Of a stretch of DNA of 64,000 bases, positions 15,915 to 25,805 are shown in pieces. This DNA is from a virus. The notes under the pieces are model-generated. The model was not told where the DNA came from and ran no database searches. It saw only the letters and a list, made by a program, of their open reading frames with translations. Both the position numbers and the translations under genes were made by a program. The stretch lies in the UHGV virus genome UHGV-0144373. One strand, written 5' to 3'. Within the stretch, counting starts at the first letter, position 1. Every line of letters starts with the position of its first letter.

Positions 15915-16440
15915 CCTTACCAGTACCAGTTACAAGTGTATCTTTCTTCAAACCTAGATTCTTAGAGGCTTGACCATACATCCAGTCAGTGATTGCTTTA
16001 ACCTCTTGAGTCATTGTCTCTGGGCATTCCCAACTATTTTCATCATGGTATGCCAGTAAGAGTCTAGCACCAATTGCTGGTTTTCGTCCATTTAATTTTG
16101 TCAACCCTTCTTCACATGCTCTTCTACAAGCGAGGTTAATTGCCTCGTTCTGAATCTGGCTTTCCGAACCCATGAGCAAATAATTCAATAACTTATGTGG
16201 AGATTTACACCACAACCAAGCTCCAGCAACCTTTACAAAACCCCCTTTAGAGATTGCAGCAGTTTTGCCAAACACCTCTTCAAGTGCCTTCTTAGTTGCT
16301 TTGTAGTCAGCTTCCAAGTCATCTAACAGCTTCTTAATCTTTGGCAAACGCACAAAGTAAGTCTGTTTAGTTAATGCACCCTCCTGAGTAGTGGCTGCCT
16401 TAATAGTTTTAGCAAACTTCTCATCACCTGCACCGAACAA
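15886..16440 (-). CDS. DNA polymerase (family A, T7 gp5-like), C-terminal segment
   Basis: Begins within motif B (LFGAGDEK; the ORF-track M is a TTG codon); contains SPHKLLNYLL, motif C LLAYHDE and the C-terminal WYEVH, all collinear with the T7 gp5 C-terminus. No Shine-Dalgarno upstream. Confidence 0.8.
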   Translation of the reverse strand: MFGAGDEKFAKTIKAATTQEGALTKQTYFVRLPKIKKLLDDLEADYKATKKALEEVFGKTAAISKGGFVKVAGAWLWCKSPHKLLNYLLMGSESQIQNEAINLACRRACEEGLTKLNGRKPAIGARLLLAYHDENSWECPETMTQEVKAITDWMYGQASKNLGLKKDTLVTGTGKVGKSWYEVH

Positions 16441-16449
16441 TACATCTGG

Positions 16450-16757
16450 TCAATACACTCGCAAGGTGTACCAGTTCTCTTATGAACTTCTCCGCATTTC
16501 TACGGAGTGTCGGACTATATCACGTAGTAATAATACTACCGTTGCACTTGGGAATGGTCATTAGCTTACCACCCTACTCTACTCAGTTCATACATTAAGT
16601 ATGCTTTTCGATAGTCTCTGAACGTTTCTCTGTTAGGAACCTCTATAGTTATGTTATTTGCTTTAGGAGTCCTAACAGAGACTTCGCTGCTGATTACCAT
16701 ATCTTTACAGACTTAGGCTTCCAGCAATTCACAACGTTTTACATGCGCCACTGACGC
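16450..16757 (-). other. intervening sequence splitting the DNA polymerase gene (candidate group I intron)
   Basis: About 300 nt with stop codons in the polymerase frame, lying between KAKNGIY and LFGAGDEK of motif B. Exact boundaries unresolved. Confidence 0.4.
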
Positions 16758-18896
16758 ATAGATACCATTCTTAGCCTTCTTACGGCCTTTGCTAATCTCA
16801 TGAAGAAGATTCTCATCCTGAGTAGCTCGACAAGTCAAGATGTCCTGCTCATCATTCAAGCTAAAGTAAATACTATTCAGTGTATGTGCATCAGTCCCTG
16901 AATAGACAACGTACAGGTCATTCTCAGAGTCATAGCGAAGGTACTTATCAATATCTGGGTTGAGATACTCATCAAAGTGTTTACAGTAATAGCGTCCGTC
17001 TTCTTGACGAATAAACTCAATCTCTTCTTTACCTTGCGTTACCGCTTTGGTGAACTCTTTATCACCCATAAAGTCACAAAGGAGCACTAGCTGGGCTGAG
17101 TTCATATCAACGGAGACTACGTTGGTTCCCTCTTCACAAATCCACACCTCCCTCATAGGTGCTCCATAGACAGCAGCACCAGACGGTACGTTTACAATAC
17201 CATATTGTGTCATACGTCCAGTTGAAGTACCAAACACCATTGCACCAGCACTAAGGCGACCATCTGGACGAATCTGGTTCAACCAACCTTTTTCATCATC
17301 CTTTGAGTTCTCAATAGTTCTGCGTCGGTGCATCAAAGTATAGTACTTAGCAATCTTCTGTCCAAGTTCCCCTTCAATCGTATCATAAGATGATTCAGTA
17401 AGCTTTGGTGAAGTACGGATTAAGCAAGGCTCAAGCAAATCTGTGTACTTCTTCACAGACCAGTTATGCTCAATGTACTGTACACCTTCATGCTCAACAT
17501 AGCTCAAACCACACCGCTCAACCATTTCCTGCCACTTAGGATGTTTTGTAATCATCTTTTTATTGTCTTTGAAACGACAAACTTTGACAGGGCGACCGTC
17601 TGAGTCTTTCTTATAGTTCCAGTCATCTGGAATCCAACCAACTGATTTCAAGTAATCTTTAACAACTGCTACCTGAGTCATACGAGAAACTTCAAACTCA
17701 ATTGGTGTATATGGTGCATCAATCAAACCCGTGTAGCGACTTGACTCAAGCTCAAAGTGGTTAACAACGTGGCTGTTATAGTACTTCACAGTTTTGACTG
17801 TTTTTACTGGCTTCCAGTCTTTGCATTTCTTACCAATCTTTGCGTTCAACTCATTGCAAATTGCACGAGCATCCTTCATTGCTACAAAACCTTCCTTGTA
17901 CTCTTCACCAGTTACAGAGTTGGTTGGTGTATAGCAATTCCGCTTCTCAATGTTAAAAATCTTTGTAGTTGGCTTACCAAATGGTTTGATTTCATAAGTC
18001 TGCATCTCACCATTACGTACCTGCTGACGATACTTTGTCTTAGGGTACTTGGTAATTCTCTTCAGTCCATCTGCATGACCGAATGTTTCAACATACTCAT
18101 TCCAAGCTTTTGCAAACTCTTCTCCAGTGACTTTACCTTTGGTCTTAATAGTTGGAGGTAGATGTGGTTCAACCTCTGAAGCAAGCTCATTAGTCAACTT
18201 GTCAAGTTCCTTTACATGGAACTCCATAAGCTCTTTATCAGCTTTCCAACCATTGATAGCTTGCTGGCTCATCCAGAAAGATGTTTCTTTAGCTCGCATG
18301 TAAGTCTCATAAGTGTCTATACCACACTTCTTAAGCTTGAGATACTCGTTATCAAGTGCCCGTTTAGTTTTGGCGTTAATACGAATATCTTCTACAACAC
18401 GAGTGAAGATTTCTGCATTCCACACACCCCAATGTTCAATCTCTGGTTTACGAACACCAACACGAGCACCCCATGCAGCCAAACCATGAGCACCTTTATA
18501 ACCCTTTGGAGTTGGTCTATCCATCCACTGAACACGAGACTGGATAAGAGAGTCCTGAAAGAAATTACTCCACGGTTTACACTTTGGATTATCAAAGTTC
18601 CATAAATCAGGTGCAATGTGATTGAAAACCCACCAGTCATAACCTAGACCATTATGGATGCAAAGACGTTTTGCCTTTAACGCAAACTCAACACCTTCAC
18701 GTAAGCCACCCTTAATGTACTTAGTGTACTTGTGACCGAGGATAGGCTCATCTGTAAAGACCCATACAGGCGGCTCTTCATCGTCAGATTTATAATCTGC
18801 GAAAGCCATTACGTGCACTTTAGTGAACTCAAGGAGTAAACCATCAGTTTCTGTATCACCAACCAAATGTAAGTTTTTAAAATCTACGTTTTCCAT
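16713..18896 (-). CDS. DNA polymerase (family A, T7 gp5-like), N-terminal segment with 3'-5' exonuclease domain
   Basis: Exo motif DTETDG, motif A VVSVDMNSAQL and the start of motif B RKKAKNGIY, followed by 14 out-of-frame codons and a stop. Start set at the ATG at 18896, which has GAGGGAG upstream, rather than the ORF-track ATG at 18926. Confidence 0.85.
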   Translation of the reverse strand: MENVDFKNLHLVGDTETDGLLLEFTKVHVMAFADYKSDDEEPPVWVFTDEPILGHKYTKYIKGGLREGVEFALKAKRLCIHNGLGYDWWVFNHIAPDLWNFDNPKCKPWSNFFQDSLIQSRVQWMDRPTPKGYKGAHGLAAWGARVGVRKPEIEHWGVWNAEIFTRVVEDIRINAKTKRALDNEYLKLKKCGIDTYETYMRAKETSFWMSQQAINGWKADKELMEFHVKELDKLTNELASEVEPHLPPTIKTKGKVTGEEFAKAWNEYVETFGHADGLKRITKYPKTKYRQQVRNGEMQTYEIKPFGKPTTKIFNIEKRNCYTPTNSVTGEEYKEGFVAMKDARAICNELNAKIGKKCKDWKPVKTVKTVKYYNSHVVNHFELESSRYTGLIDAPYTPIEFEVSRMTQVAVVKDYLKSVGWIPDDWNYKKDSDGRPVKVCRFKDNKKMITKHPKWQEMVERCGLSYVEHEGVQYIEHNWSVKKYTDLLEPCLIRTSPKLTESSYDTIEGELGQKIAKYYTLMHRRRTIENSKDDEKGWLNQIRPDGRLSAGAMVFGTSTGRMTQYGIVNVPSGAAVYGAPMREVWICEEGTNVVSVDMNSAQLVLLCDFMGDKEFTKAVTQGKEEIEFIRQEDGRYYCKHFDEYLNPDIDKYLRYDSENDLYVVYSGTDAHTLNSIYFSLNDEQDILTCRATQDENLLHEISKGRKKAKNGIYASVAHVKRCELLEA

Positions 18897-19068
18897 TTTT
18901 ACTCCCTCTAAAATCATTAACCACATACATTACTGCAAAAAATTATAAAAAGCAAGTTGACAATGTACTTGACAAGGTGTTAATCTTTGCGAAGTGGGTT
19001 TTTACTTAAAAGGTTACTTAACAGTTTAACTATACAGATACTTTAAAACTCTTAAAAGATTATTTAAT

Positions 19069-19109
19069 AGCTTTTAAAAAGCTTTAAAGTATAACGTATA
19101 GAATACGTT
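19069..19109. promoter_or_regulatory. palindromic elements in the divergent intergenic region
   Basis: Perfect palindrome AGCTTTTAAAAAGCT (19069-19083) and inverted repeat AACGTAT-AGA-ATACGTT (19093-19109) between the divergently transcribed blocks; two TTGACA hexamers lie at 18956-18974. Confidence 0.35.
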
Positions 19110-19153
19110 AAGATAAAAGATTAAAACTTAATAGTTACTTAAAAGAGGCTTAC

Positions 19154-19576
19154 ATGCAGAAAATGTTTGTTCACCCAGACATAGCTGACTTTGTTAGAGC
19201 TTTGCAGAAGTTGGAAGAACTTGACATTGCTGCTCAACGGGAATATGCTCACCATCACAGGAGAATGGTTGATATACAACATGAAATAGAGTTGTCTGAA
19301 AACTATGAAGATGACTTAAAATGCTCTGTATTTGAGCATATGAAAGATGTTGCTACAGCGAGACGTAAAGCTAAAGACACAGTTGCTTTACTAGATTCTC
19401 TTAAAAAGAGGTTGCAAAGTGGTACAGACCTGTGTAATCTAGCGTCACTGATTAACGATGTTGAAACTTCTTGGGATAGGCACTATTATCCACGTTCTGA
19501 AAAGACACTTGACTTTTCTTCATCTGAAAACTTAAAATGTTCTAGAAAGAAACTTAACCAAATGAGAGAGAAATAA
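19154..19576 (+). CDS. hypothetical protein
   Basis: 140 aa; AAGAGG upstream of the ATG; first gene of the rightward block. Confidence 0.5.
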   Translation: MQKMFVHPDIADFVRALQKLEELDIAAQREYAHHHRRMVDIQHEIELSENYEDDLKCSVFEHMKDVATARRKAKDTVALLDSLKKRLQSGTDLCNLASLINDVETSWDRHYYPRSEKTLDFSSSENLKCSRKKLNQMREK

Positions 19577-19577
19577 T

Positions 19578-20378
19578 ATGAATATTGATGTAGAAAAGAT
19601 GCTTGAAGAAAAAGGTATTGACGAAGCATTTTTAATCAATGCCGTAGAAAGCATGGCTATGATTCTTCGTGGTAACAACTACACAGAACAGTTTATGCCT
19701 GCAAGCTATAACTTGCCTGAAGACAAGTCTGATAACGGTGCTTTTGCAGAACAGGTTAACATGATGTTGACAGACACTACACTTGCTCTGGCATCTATTG
19801 CGGTTGGTGTTGATGCACTTGCTGAGTTCATTTTTTATGAAATGCAAAAGAATGACTATATCAGGATGTCAGACGAAGATAAGGAACTGTTGCTGACTAA
19901 GGACACTGATTTCATTATTGATACACTTATCTCATCAACAAGTGCTGTTATGGCTGTTCTTGAGAAGCGTATGGAAGAGAAACTTTCACGATATGAAAAA
20001 CTTGATTGGGGCGTAGAAGAATTAAGCCCACGAATCAAAGAGATTATCCAGCAAACTCAAGAGTCTTTGGAAGAAGCTGTTGAGAATGACTCTGTAGCTG
20101 ATATAGAACCACTTCAGGTGAAAGTTGCACTGATGATTCCAGCTATCTCTACAATGATGAATATCGTTGCACTAATCCAACTTTCACAGATGATGGGTGT
20201 GAGTATGGAGTTCATTGAGGAGATGACTGGTGGTGTCAGTATGCAAGCAATCAATGATGTTTTGGTGAACATTGGCGCTTCAATCATTGAAGAGAAACTA
20301 CGCATTAACTTCGGTGATGATTTTGTGAAGCAACTCTCAGCTATGGCTGAAAAAGAGTCTGCTGAGCAACTGCACTAA
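19578..20378 (+). CDS. hypothetical protein
   Basis: 266 aa ORF coupled to the upstream gene. Confidence 0.5.
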   Translation: MNIDVEKMLEEKGIDEAFLINAVESMAMILRGNNYTEQFMPASYNLPEDKSDNGAFAEQVNMMLTDTTLALASIAVGVDALAEFIFYEMQKNDYIRMSDEDKELLLTKDTDFIIDTLISSTSAVMAVLEKRMEEKLSRYEKLDWGVEELSPRIKEIIQQTQESLEEAVENDSVADIEPLQVKVALMIPAISTMMNIVALIQLSQMMGVSMEFIEEMTGGVSMQAINDVLVNIGASIIEEKLRINFGDDFVKQLSAMAEKESAEQLH

Positions 20379-20395
20379 GTCTTTATAAATTTTAC

Positions 20396-20422
20396 AAGCC
20401 TCCTTAGTTGGGGGCTTTTTAG
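20396..20422 (+). terminator. intrinsic terminator
   Basis: AAGCCTCC-TTAGTT-GGGGGCTT followed by TTTTT. Confidence 0.6.
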
Positions 20423-20439
20423 TAATTAATGGAGATAAA

Positions 20440-21183
20440 ATGAGTAAAATCATCGCATTTACTGGAAAGGCACGTTCTGGAAAAGACACCTCATGTTCTA
20501 TTGTGAAGAACATCTTAGAGGATGAGTACGGCTACAATGTTGAAGTAATGGCCTTTGCAGACAACCTTAAACTATCTGCATCAAAGATATTTGACTTGAC
20601 TTGGAATGACCTGTACGGTGAAACTAAAGAGACTCCACAGGTTTTTGACTTATCATATCCTGAACTGATGTTTAAAGTTACGGAAGCTATGGAGTTCACC
20701 TTCAGAGATGAACGTTACCATATGGACTTCAAGCTTATGTCAGAGTTAACCGGACGATTAATCATGGAGCTTAAGAAGGTTGCTAAACCGACTCTATTGA
20801 CACGTCTGGGTTTTAGCAAAAAGTATAAATTCTCATCAAGACAAATTCAACAGATTTGGGGCACTGAAGTTATCCGTAAAGTAATGGGCGACAAGTTCTG
20901 GTCTAAAGACCTTGAAAAAAGAATGGTTAGATTCTATGAAATGTGCTCACTTAGGAATCAAGAAGGTGTTGTTTTAATCAGTGACTTAAGGTTTGACTCT
21001 GAAGCTGAGTGGCTGAGTAGATTTGCACACCAAACTATTGAAGTAAAAAGAGACAATGTGGACAAGGTTTCATCACATGTTTCAGAAAATGGAATTTCTA
21101 CCAAATATGCGCGTGACATTATTCATAATAATGGTACTCTTGAAGACCTTGAAAGCAAGCTAAGAGCTATCCTGAAAATTTAA
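20440..21183 (+). CDS. deoxynucleoside monophosphate kinase (T4 gp1-like)
   Basis: N-terminal P-loop FTGKARSGKDT resembling the T4 dNMP kinase GxKRSGKDT; 247 aa. Confidence 0.65.
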   Translation: MSKIIAFTGKARSGKDTSCSIVKNILEDEYGYNVEVMAFADNLKLSASKIFDLTWNDLYGETKETPQVFDLSYPELMFKVTEAMEFTFRDERYHMDFKLMSELTGRLIMELKKVAKPTLLTRLGFSKKYKFSSRQIQQIWGTEVIRKVMGDKFWSKDLEKRMVRFYEMCSLRNQEGVVLISDLRFDSEAEWLSRFAHQTIEVKRDNVDKVSSHVSENGISTKYARDIIHNNGTLEDLESKLRAILKI

Positions 21184-21191
21184 AAGAGAGA

Positions 21192-21392
21192 ATGAAGATG
21201 AGAGTAAAAGATAATTTTAAAGTTATTGACCATCGTTTAGTGGAACTCTCATCTCTTTCCAATGAGGTAATGATTGAACGTCTTAAGAGAGTTGAATCAC
21301 GAAGGAAAGAGATTGCAGATGAAATCCATGAACTGGACAAGATTGAAAATGGATTGAAGGCAGAACTACAACGAAGAGGTGCTAATGTCTAA
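21192..21392 (+). CDS. hypothetical protein
   Basis: 66 aa ORF overlapping the primase-helicase start. Confidence 0.4.
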   Translation: MKMRVKDNFKVIDHRLVELSSLSNEVMIERLKRVESRRKEIADEIHELDKIENGLKAELQRRGANV

Positions 21393-23370
21393 AGGTCGTA
21401 AATTGAAAGAAGCTGGTCAGTTTATTGGTCATTGTGCATGTCCACGTTGTGGTTCATCAGATGCTGGTTCAATCTACCATCATGACGATGATTCTTATTC
21501 GATGACTTGCTTTAGCTGTAACAAAGGTTTCCCAGAGTGGGATTTTGATAAAGGACAAATCGTGAGCACTTATTCTACTGGTTCAGATAATAAAAACCGT
21601 ACTTTCCGTGGAATGGATTTAGACGATGTAAAAGAAAACCTAGAAGCAATGGACTTGAAAGACAGGAAGATTCCTGCAAAAGTTCTTGAACGCTTAGGTA
21701 TCAAGGTTGACATTGACAGTGACGGCGAAATTGACGCGCATTTCTATCCAACTTACAAACGTAATGAAGATGGTAAGCTAGAGCACGTCGGTTATCGTGT
21801 ACGTCACCGTTACCCAGAAGACCACCCAAAAGAACATCTACGCGGTAAGTTAAAAGACTTTTCAGGTGGTGTTGGGGACATTAAAGGTGAACTGGCAATG
21901 TTCGGTTCATGGATTGCTCCAGAAGGTGGTAACCGTCTATTCATTTGGGAAGGTGAGATGGAATGTGCCACAGCAATCTACATGACTTCTCTGGCGATTA
22001 AAGATAAGTCTCGTCGTAAGAATTACTGTCACGTATCTGTTCCATCAGGTGCAAACATTAAGTCTATCAAAGACAACTATCAGTACATTACATCATTTGA
22101 TGAGATTTACTTGTGCTTTGATAACGATGAAGCAGGTGCTAAAGCTACCAAAGAAGCTGCTGGTATCCTACCTATTGAGAAGGTTCGTTTATTCCAGTAC
22201 CCAGAAGGCGTAAAAGACCTTAACGAATGGTGGACAAAGTTCTATAAAGAGAAAGACACAGTTCTGGAAGGATTTAAACAGCGTATCTACAACGCACCTC
22301 GTTACTGCCCTGCTGGTATCAAGAACTTCGCAGATGGTTTTGAGGCAATGAAGAATCGTGGTCAGATTCCTTTGATTCCTTTCCCAGAATCTTTCGGGGA
22401 TTTGAACAGACTGACTTATGGTGGTTATGGTTTAGGTGAGATTACAACTCTGGCAGCACCATCTTCAGTAGGTAAGTCAGCTTACACTCGTGAGATGATT
22501 TATTCAGCTTGGAAGGAAACCGATTACAATATTGGTGTAATTCCTGTAGAAGATACCTACGAAGAGTTGATGGAGATGCTCTGTGCAATCCACCTGAGTA
22601 AGCAGATTTCCGAGATTCCTTATGACGAACGTGATTGGGATGAATTAAAGGAAGCACACGCAGAACTATCTAAAGGCCGTCGTATCCACATCGTAGACCA
22701 TCAAGGGGCAATTGACCAAGATAACCTGCTGGAATTTGTTGACTATCTTGTTAACAGCTTAGACTGTAAGATTATAATTCTTGACCCTATTACGTTGGCT
22801 CTGTCACGTTCAGATACAGATGAAGAGGAGGTTTTGTCTGAACTATTACGTCGTTGCAAACGCTACCAGTATGCACAGGTTAACGTCTGTCACGTTCGTA
22901 AGAGTGCAGGTGGTCAGAAAGCCAACTCTGAAGGTGGAGACATCTCTGAAGAGGATATTAAGGGTTCTGGTGCATATTTTCAGATTTCTATGAATAACAT
23001 TCTGTTAATGCGTAATAAGGTTGACCCAGACCCTGTTAAGAAAAACTTGACAAAAATCAAGTTAACTAAGTGTCGTCGTCATGGTAAGTCAACAGGTATT
23101 GCTGGTCATACTTGGTACAATCCAGACACAGGACGTCTTATCAAAGCTTCTGGGTGTGGTGTTGACATTGATGGTGCAGCAGAAAATATTCGTCAACAGT
23201 TTGGTATTGGTGAAGCTGAAGACCATTATGACGATTCTTTACCTCATTATGAGGATGAAGTGTTTGACCGTGAGACTGGTGAAGCCTATACTGAAGAACA
23301 GCGTCAAAGCTCAACGATTCCACCTGTATTAAGTGAGGATGCAGATGACTGCCCATTCGAAACTGAGTGA
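21385..23370 (+). CDS. bifunctional primase-helicase (T7 gp4-like)
   Basis: N-terminal zinc finger (CACPRCG ... CFSCNKG), Toprim-like EGEMECATA, helicase Walker A APSSVGKSAY and IILDPI; start moved to the ATG at 21385 (AGAGGT upstream) because the ORF-track start at 21379 is GTG. Confidence 0.85.
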   Translation: MSKGRKLKEAGQFIGHCACPRCGSSDAGSIYHHDDDSYSMTCFSCNKGFPEWDFDKGQIVSTYSTGSDNKNRTFRGMDLDDVKENLEAMDLKDRKIPAKVLERLGIKVDIDSDGEIDAHFYPTYKRNEDGKLEHVGYRVRHRYPEDHPKEHLRGKLKDFSGGVGDIKGELAMFGSWIAPEGGNRLFIWEGEMECATAIYMTSLAIKDKSRRKNYCHVSVPSGANIKSIKDNYQYITSFDEIYLCFDNDEAGAKATKEAAGILPIEKVRLFQYPEGVKDLNEWWTKFYKEKDTVLEGFKQRIYNAPRYCPAGIKNFADGFEAMKNRGQIPLIPFPESFGDLNRLTYGGYGLGEITTLAAPSSVGKSAYTREMIYSAWKETDYNIGVIPVEDTYEELMEMLCAIHLSKQISEIPYDERDWDELKEAHAELSKGRRIHIVDHQGAIDQDNLLEFVDYLVNSLDCKIIILDPITLALSRSDTDEEEVLSELLRRCKRYQYAQVNVCHVRKSAGGQKANSEGGDISEEDIKGSGAYFQISMNNILLMRNKVDPDPVKKNLTKIKLTKCRRHGKSTGIAGHTWYNPDTGRLIKASGCGVDIDGAAENIRQQFGIGEAEDHYDDSLPHYEDEVFDRETGEAYTEEQRQSSTIPPVLSEDADDCPFETE

Positions 23371-23844
23371 TAGTTATAAAAGAGAGGGGTTTATACCCTT
23401 CTTTGAAGAAAAAAGTTTAAATGAATTTCAGGAAGAGTGTTTGACAAAGATTGATAGGTTCTATAGAATGCTCCTCATGAAATGCAATGGGGGAGTTGAG
23501 GTAAAAGAAGATTTCCACCAGAGCATGATTACAGTCGTCATTGCGCTACCTAAGCATAATATTAGTTGGCTGTTTATAATTAAAGAAAATGTGTTTGAAT
23601 ATCAAGTATATCGGAGAATATCATGAAACACTCTAAAGCATTTGAAAAAGTTTTTGGGGATTCCTTAAAAGCCACTGCTGGAAAACCAGCAAAATACTAT
23701 GAAGAAAAACGTGTAAGAACTGGAAAAACTGCACGTAAAGCAGCTTCTAAAGATAAGCACAACATCCAGTAATTAATGTTTGACAATAGAGTATCAACAA
23801 ATTAGAATTGATGCTCTTCATAAATTGAGATAGAGGTTTAAATA

Positions 23845-24702
23845 ATGTCTAAAGTTGTTAAAATGAAAGCTCCGGTAGAGAAGTACAAAGGTACTGAACG
23901 TCAAACTCTACGTTACCTTCTGAAAGATGTCTGGTTTTATTACCTGAACACTTCACCATATCCGGGGAAAGGTAAATCCATTGATAAGAAATTCCCAGGC
24001 AAAGACTGTAACTACAGCGTATCAATTCTGGCAGAAGACGGTAACAAACTCTTTAAAGAGTTTACTAAGTCTAAGAAAAACCCAGAAGGTTGGGATAAAG
24101 TTACTACTGAAGCAGTTGATGCAGATGACTTCGAAGAGAAGTTTGGTTGTAAACCACCTTTTGAAGCAGACACTTACTACATCTTGAAAGTAAGTCGTGC
24201 AGCAGCTTATAAAGATGGTGCTGTATGGACAGCTAAACAGTCATTCCCTGTAATGCTGATTGAAGAAGTAAATGGTAAGCGTGTAGCTGTTAAGCAGCCG
24301 ATGAAGAAAATCAAAGCTCAAGCATCTGATAAACATGAAGATGATAAGAACTATGATGTAATTCATCCAGATATTGCAGTTGGTAACGGTTCTTTTGGTA
24401 GTGTGATTCTTTCTACTCACTTCTACACTTTTGAGAACAATGTTCTGACAAAACCTATTCAGGAACAGTTTATCATTGATACTCTTGTACCTTACACTGG
24501 TGGTAACGGTGCTAACGGTGAACCTGAACTGGATGAAGACGAACTGGCTATGCTTGGTCTTGATGGTGTCGAAGATAACGGTGAAATCACTGAAGAAGAC
24601 GCAAAAGACCACAAACCTTCGAATGATTCTGATGATGGTGACGATGAAGATTTGCCAGACCCAGATGACGAAGAGGATGAAGACTTCGATACAGAAGACT
24701 AA
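23845..24702 (+). CDS. putative single-stranded DNA-binding protein
   Basis: Strongly acidic C-terminal tail (DDEEDEDFDTED) as in T7 gp2.5 and T4 gp32, located between the helicase and exonuclease genes. No clear fold signature by eye. Confidence 0.4.
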   Translation: MSKVVKMKAPVEKYKGTERQTLRYLLKDVWFYYLNTSPYPGKGKSIDKKFPGKDCNYSVSILAEDGNKLFKEFTKSKKNPEGWDKVTTEAVDADDFEEKFGCKPPFEADTYYILKVSRAAAYKDGAVWTAKQSFPVMLIEEVNGKRVAVKQPMKKIKAQASDKHEDDKNYDVIHPDIAVGNGSFGSVILSTHFYTFENNVLTKPIQEQFIIDTLVPYTGGNGANGEPELDEDELAMLGLDGVEDNGEITEEDAKDHKPSNDSDDGDDEDLPDPDDEEDEDFDTED

Positions 24703-24720
24703 TCTCTAAAAGTTACTTTA

Positions 24721-24748
24721 AAGCCCTGTACTCAGTATGGGGCTTTTT
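24721..24748 (+). terminator. intrinsic terminator
   Basis: AAGCCC ... GGGCTT stem followed by TTTTT. Confidence 0.5.
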
Positions 24749-24764
24749 CATATGGAGAGCCATA

Positions 24765-25805
24765 ATGGAGAAGTACACATTAACAAAACTTCCCGATTCA
24801 GTTACACACGTCTTTATTGACTCTGACAGTATTGCCTATAAAGGTGCTTGTGTAGTTGAGAAAGCAAAATATAAATACGTCAATAAACTCACAGCAGAAG
24901 AATCTGAGCCATTTGATAATGCGAAAGATGCTGCAAGATGGTTAGCAGACCAGAGAATCCTTGTGGAAGAGCTTGGCCTGACATTTGATGAAGATGAATG
25001 GGAAAGACAGACTTGGAAAGAAGCTAAGAGTGAAAAAGAAGCTATCATGGCTACTCAACAGGTTCTTCAGGAATGGCTTAAGGTTGTTGGTAAAGAGAGA
25101 ACTTGGGTAGGTTATTTAACAGAGAAAGGTGTGCATAAGCATAAAGACATTAAAGGTCTTGAGCACCAATATCAAGGTAACCGCAAAGATGCTGTCACGC
25201 CAACACACTTAGTTGCTTGTCGTGAATATCTTCTGTCAAGACCAGAGTTCAAACTGATTCTTGATGGATTTGAAGCTGACTCCATCGTTATTGCTAAAGC
25301 TGAAAAGATGGGTAAAAAAGCTGCCTTAATGAGTATTGACAAAGACCTTCGACAAGCTGAAGGGACTTATTGTATTGATATGACCTATGAAAAGTCACCT
25401 TTGATTTTCATTGCTGACAACAACGTAGGTGAAATTTGGGATTGCCCAATAAAATCGACACCAAAAGCTAAGAAGACAGTTGGGGTAGGTTTTAAATTTC
25501 TTTGTTACCAAGCTGTGGCTGGTGATAATGCTGATAATTATTTTGGTTTAAAGGGTGTTGGTAAGGTTACTATAATGAAAGCCCTTGAAGGTAAAACCAC
25601 TTACAAAGAGTGTCTTGATGCAATTTATGAGCTTTATGCTAAGAAAGAGTCATACACTTATGTCTCGTGGGATGGTCAAACAATTACCAGAACACCTTTA
25701 GAGTTAATGCAGCAACACTTTTTCTTAGCTTATCAGGAAAGAAACAAGAAAGACGATTTTACTTTTAAGAAATATAATTGGGAGCCGTGTATGAATGAAG
25801 ATTAA
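24765..25805 (+). CDS. 5'-3' exonuclease / flap endonuclease
   Basis: PIN-like N-terminal VFIDSDSIAYKGA and helix-3-turn-helix GDNADNYFGLKGVGKVT, typical of phage FEN/RNase H family proteins. Confidence 0.75.
   Translation: MEKYTLTKLPDSVTHVFIDSDSIAYKGACVVEKAKYKYVNKLTAEESEPFDNAKDAARWLADQRILVEELGLTFDEDEWERQTWKEAKSEKEAIMATQQVLQEWLKVVGKERTWVGYLTEKGVHKHKDIKGLEHQYQGNRKDAVTPTHLVACREYLLSRPEFKLILDGFEADSIVIAKAEKMGKKAALMSIDKDLRQAEGTYCIDMTYEKSPLIFIADNNVGEIWDCPIKSTPKAKKTVGVGFKFLCYQAVAGDNADNYFGLKGVGKVTIMKALEGKTTYKECLDAIYELYAKKESYTYVSWDGQTITRTPLELMQQHFFLAYQERNKKDDFTFKKYNWEPCMNED

Noticed and set aside
16450-16757. An intein as the cause of the split polymerase
   Set aside because: The intervening sequence has stop codons in the polymerase frame and is too short; inteins are translated in frame.
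23623-23772. A 49-codon basic ORF in the gap before the SSB-like gene
   Set aside because: It has a plausible GGAG but is short with no recognisable features; not called without comparative support.
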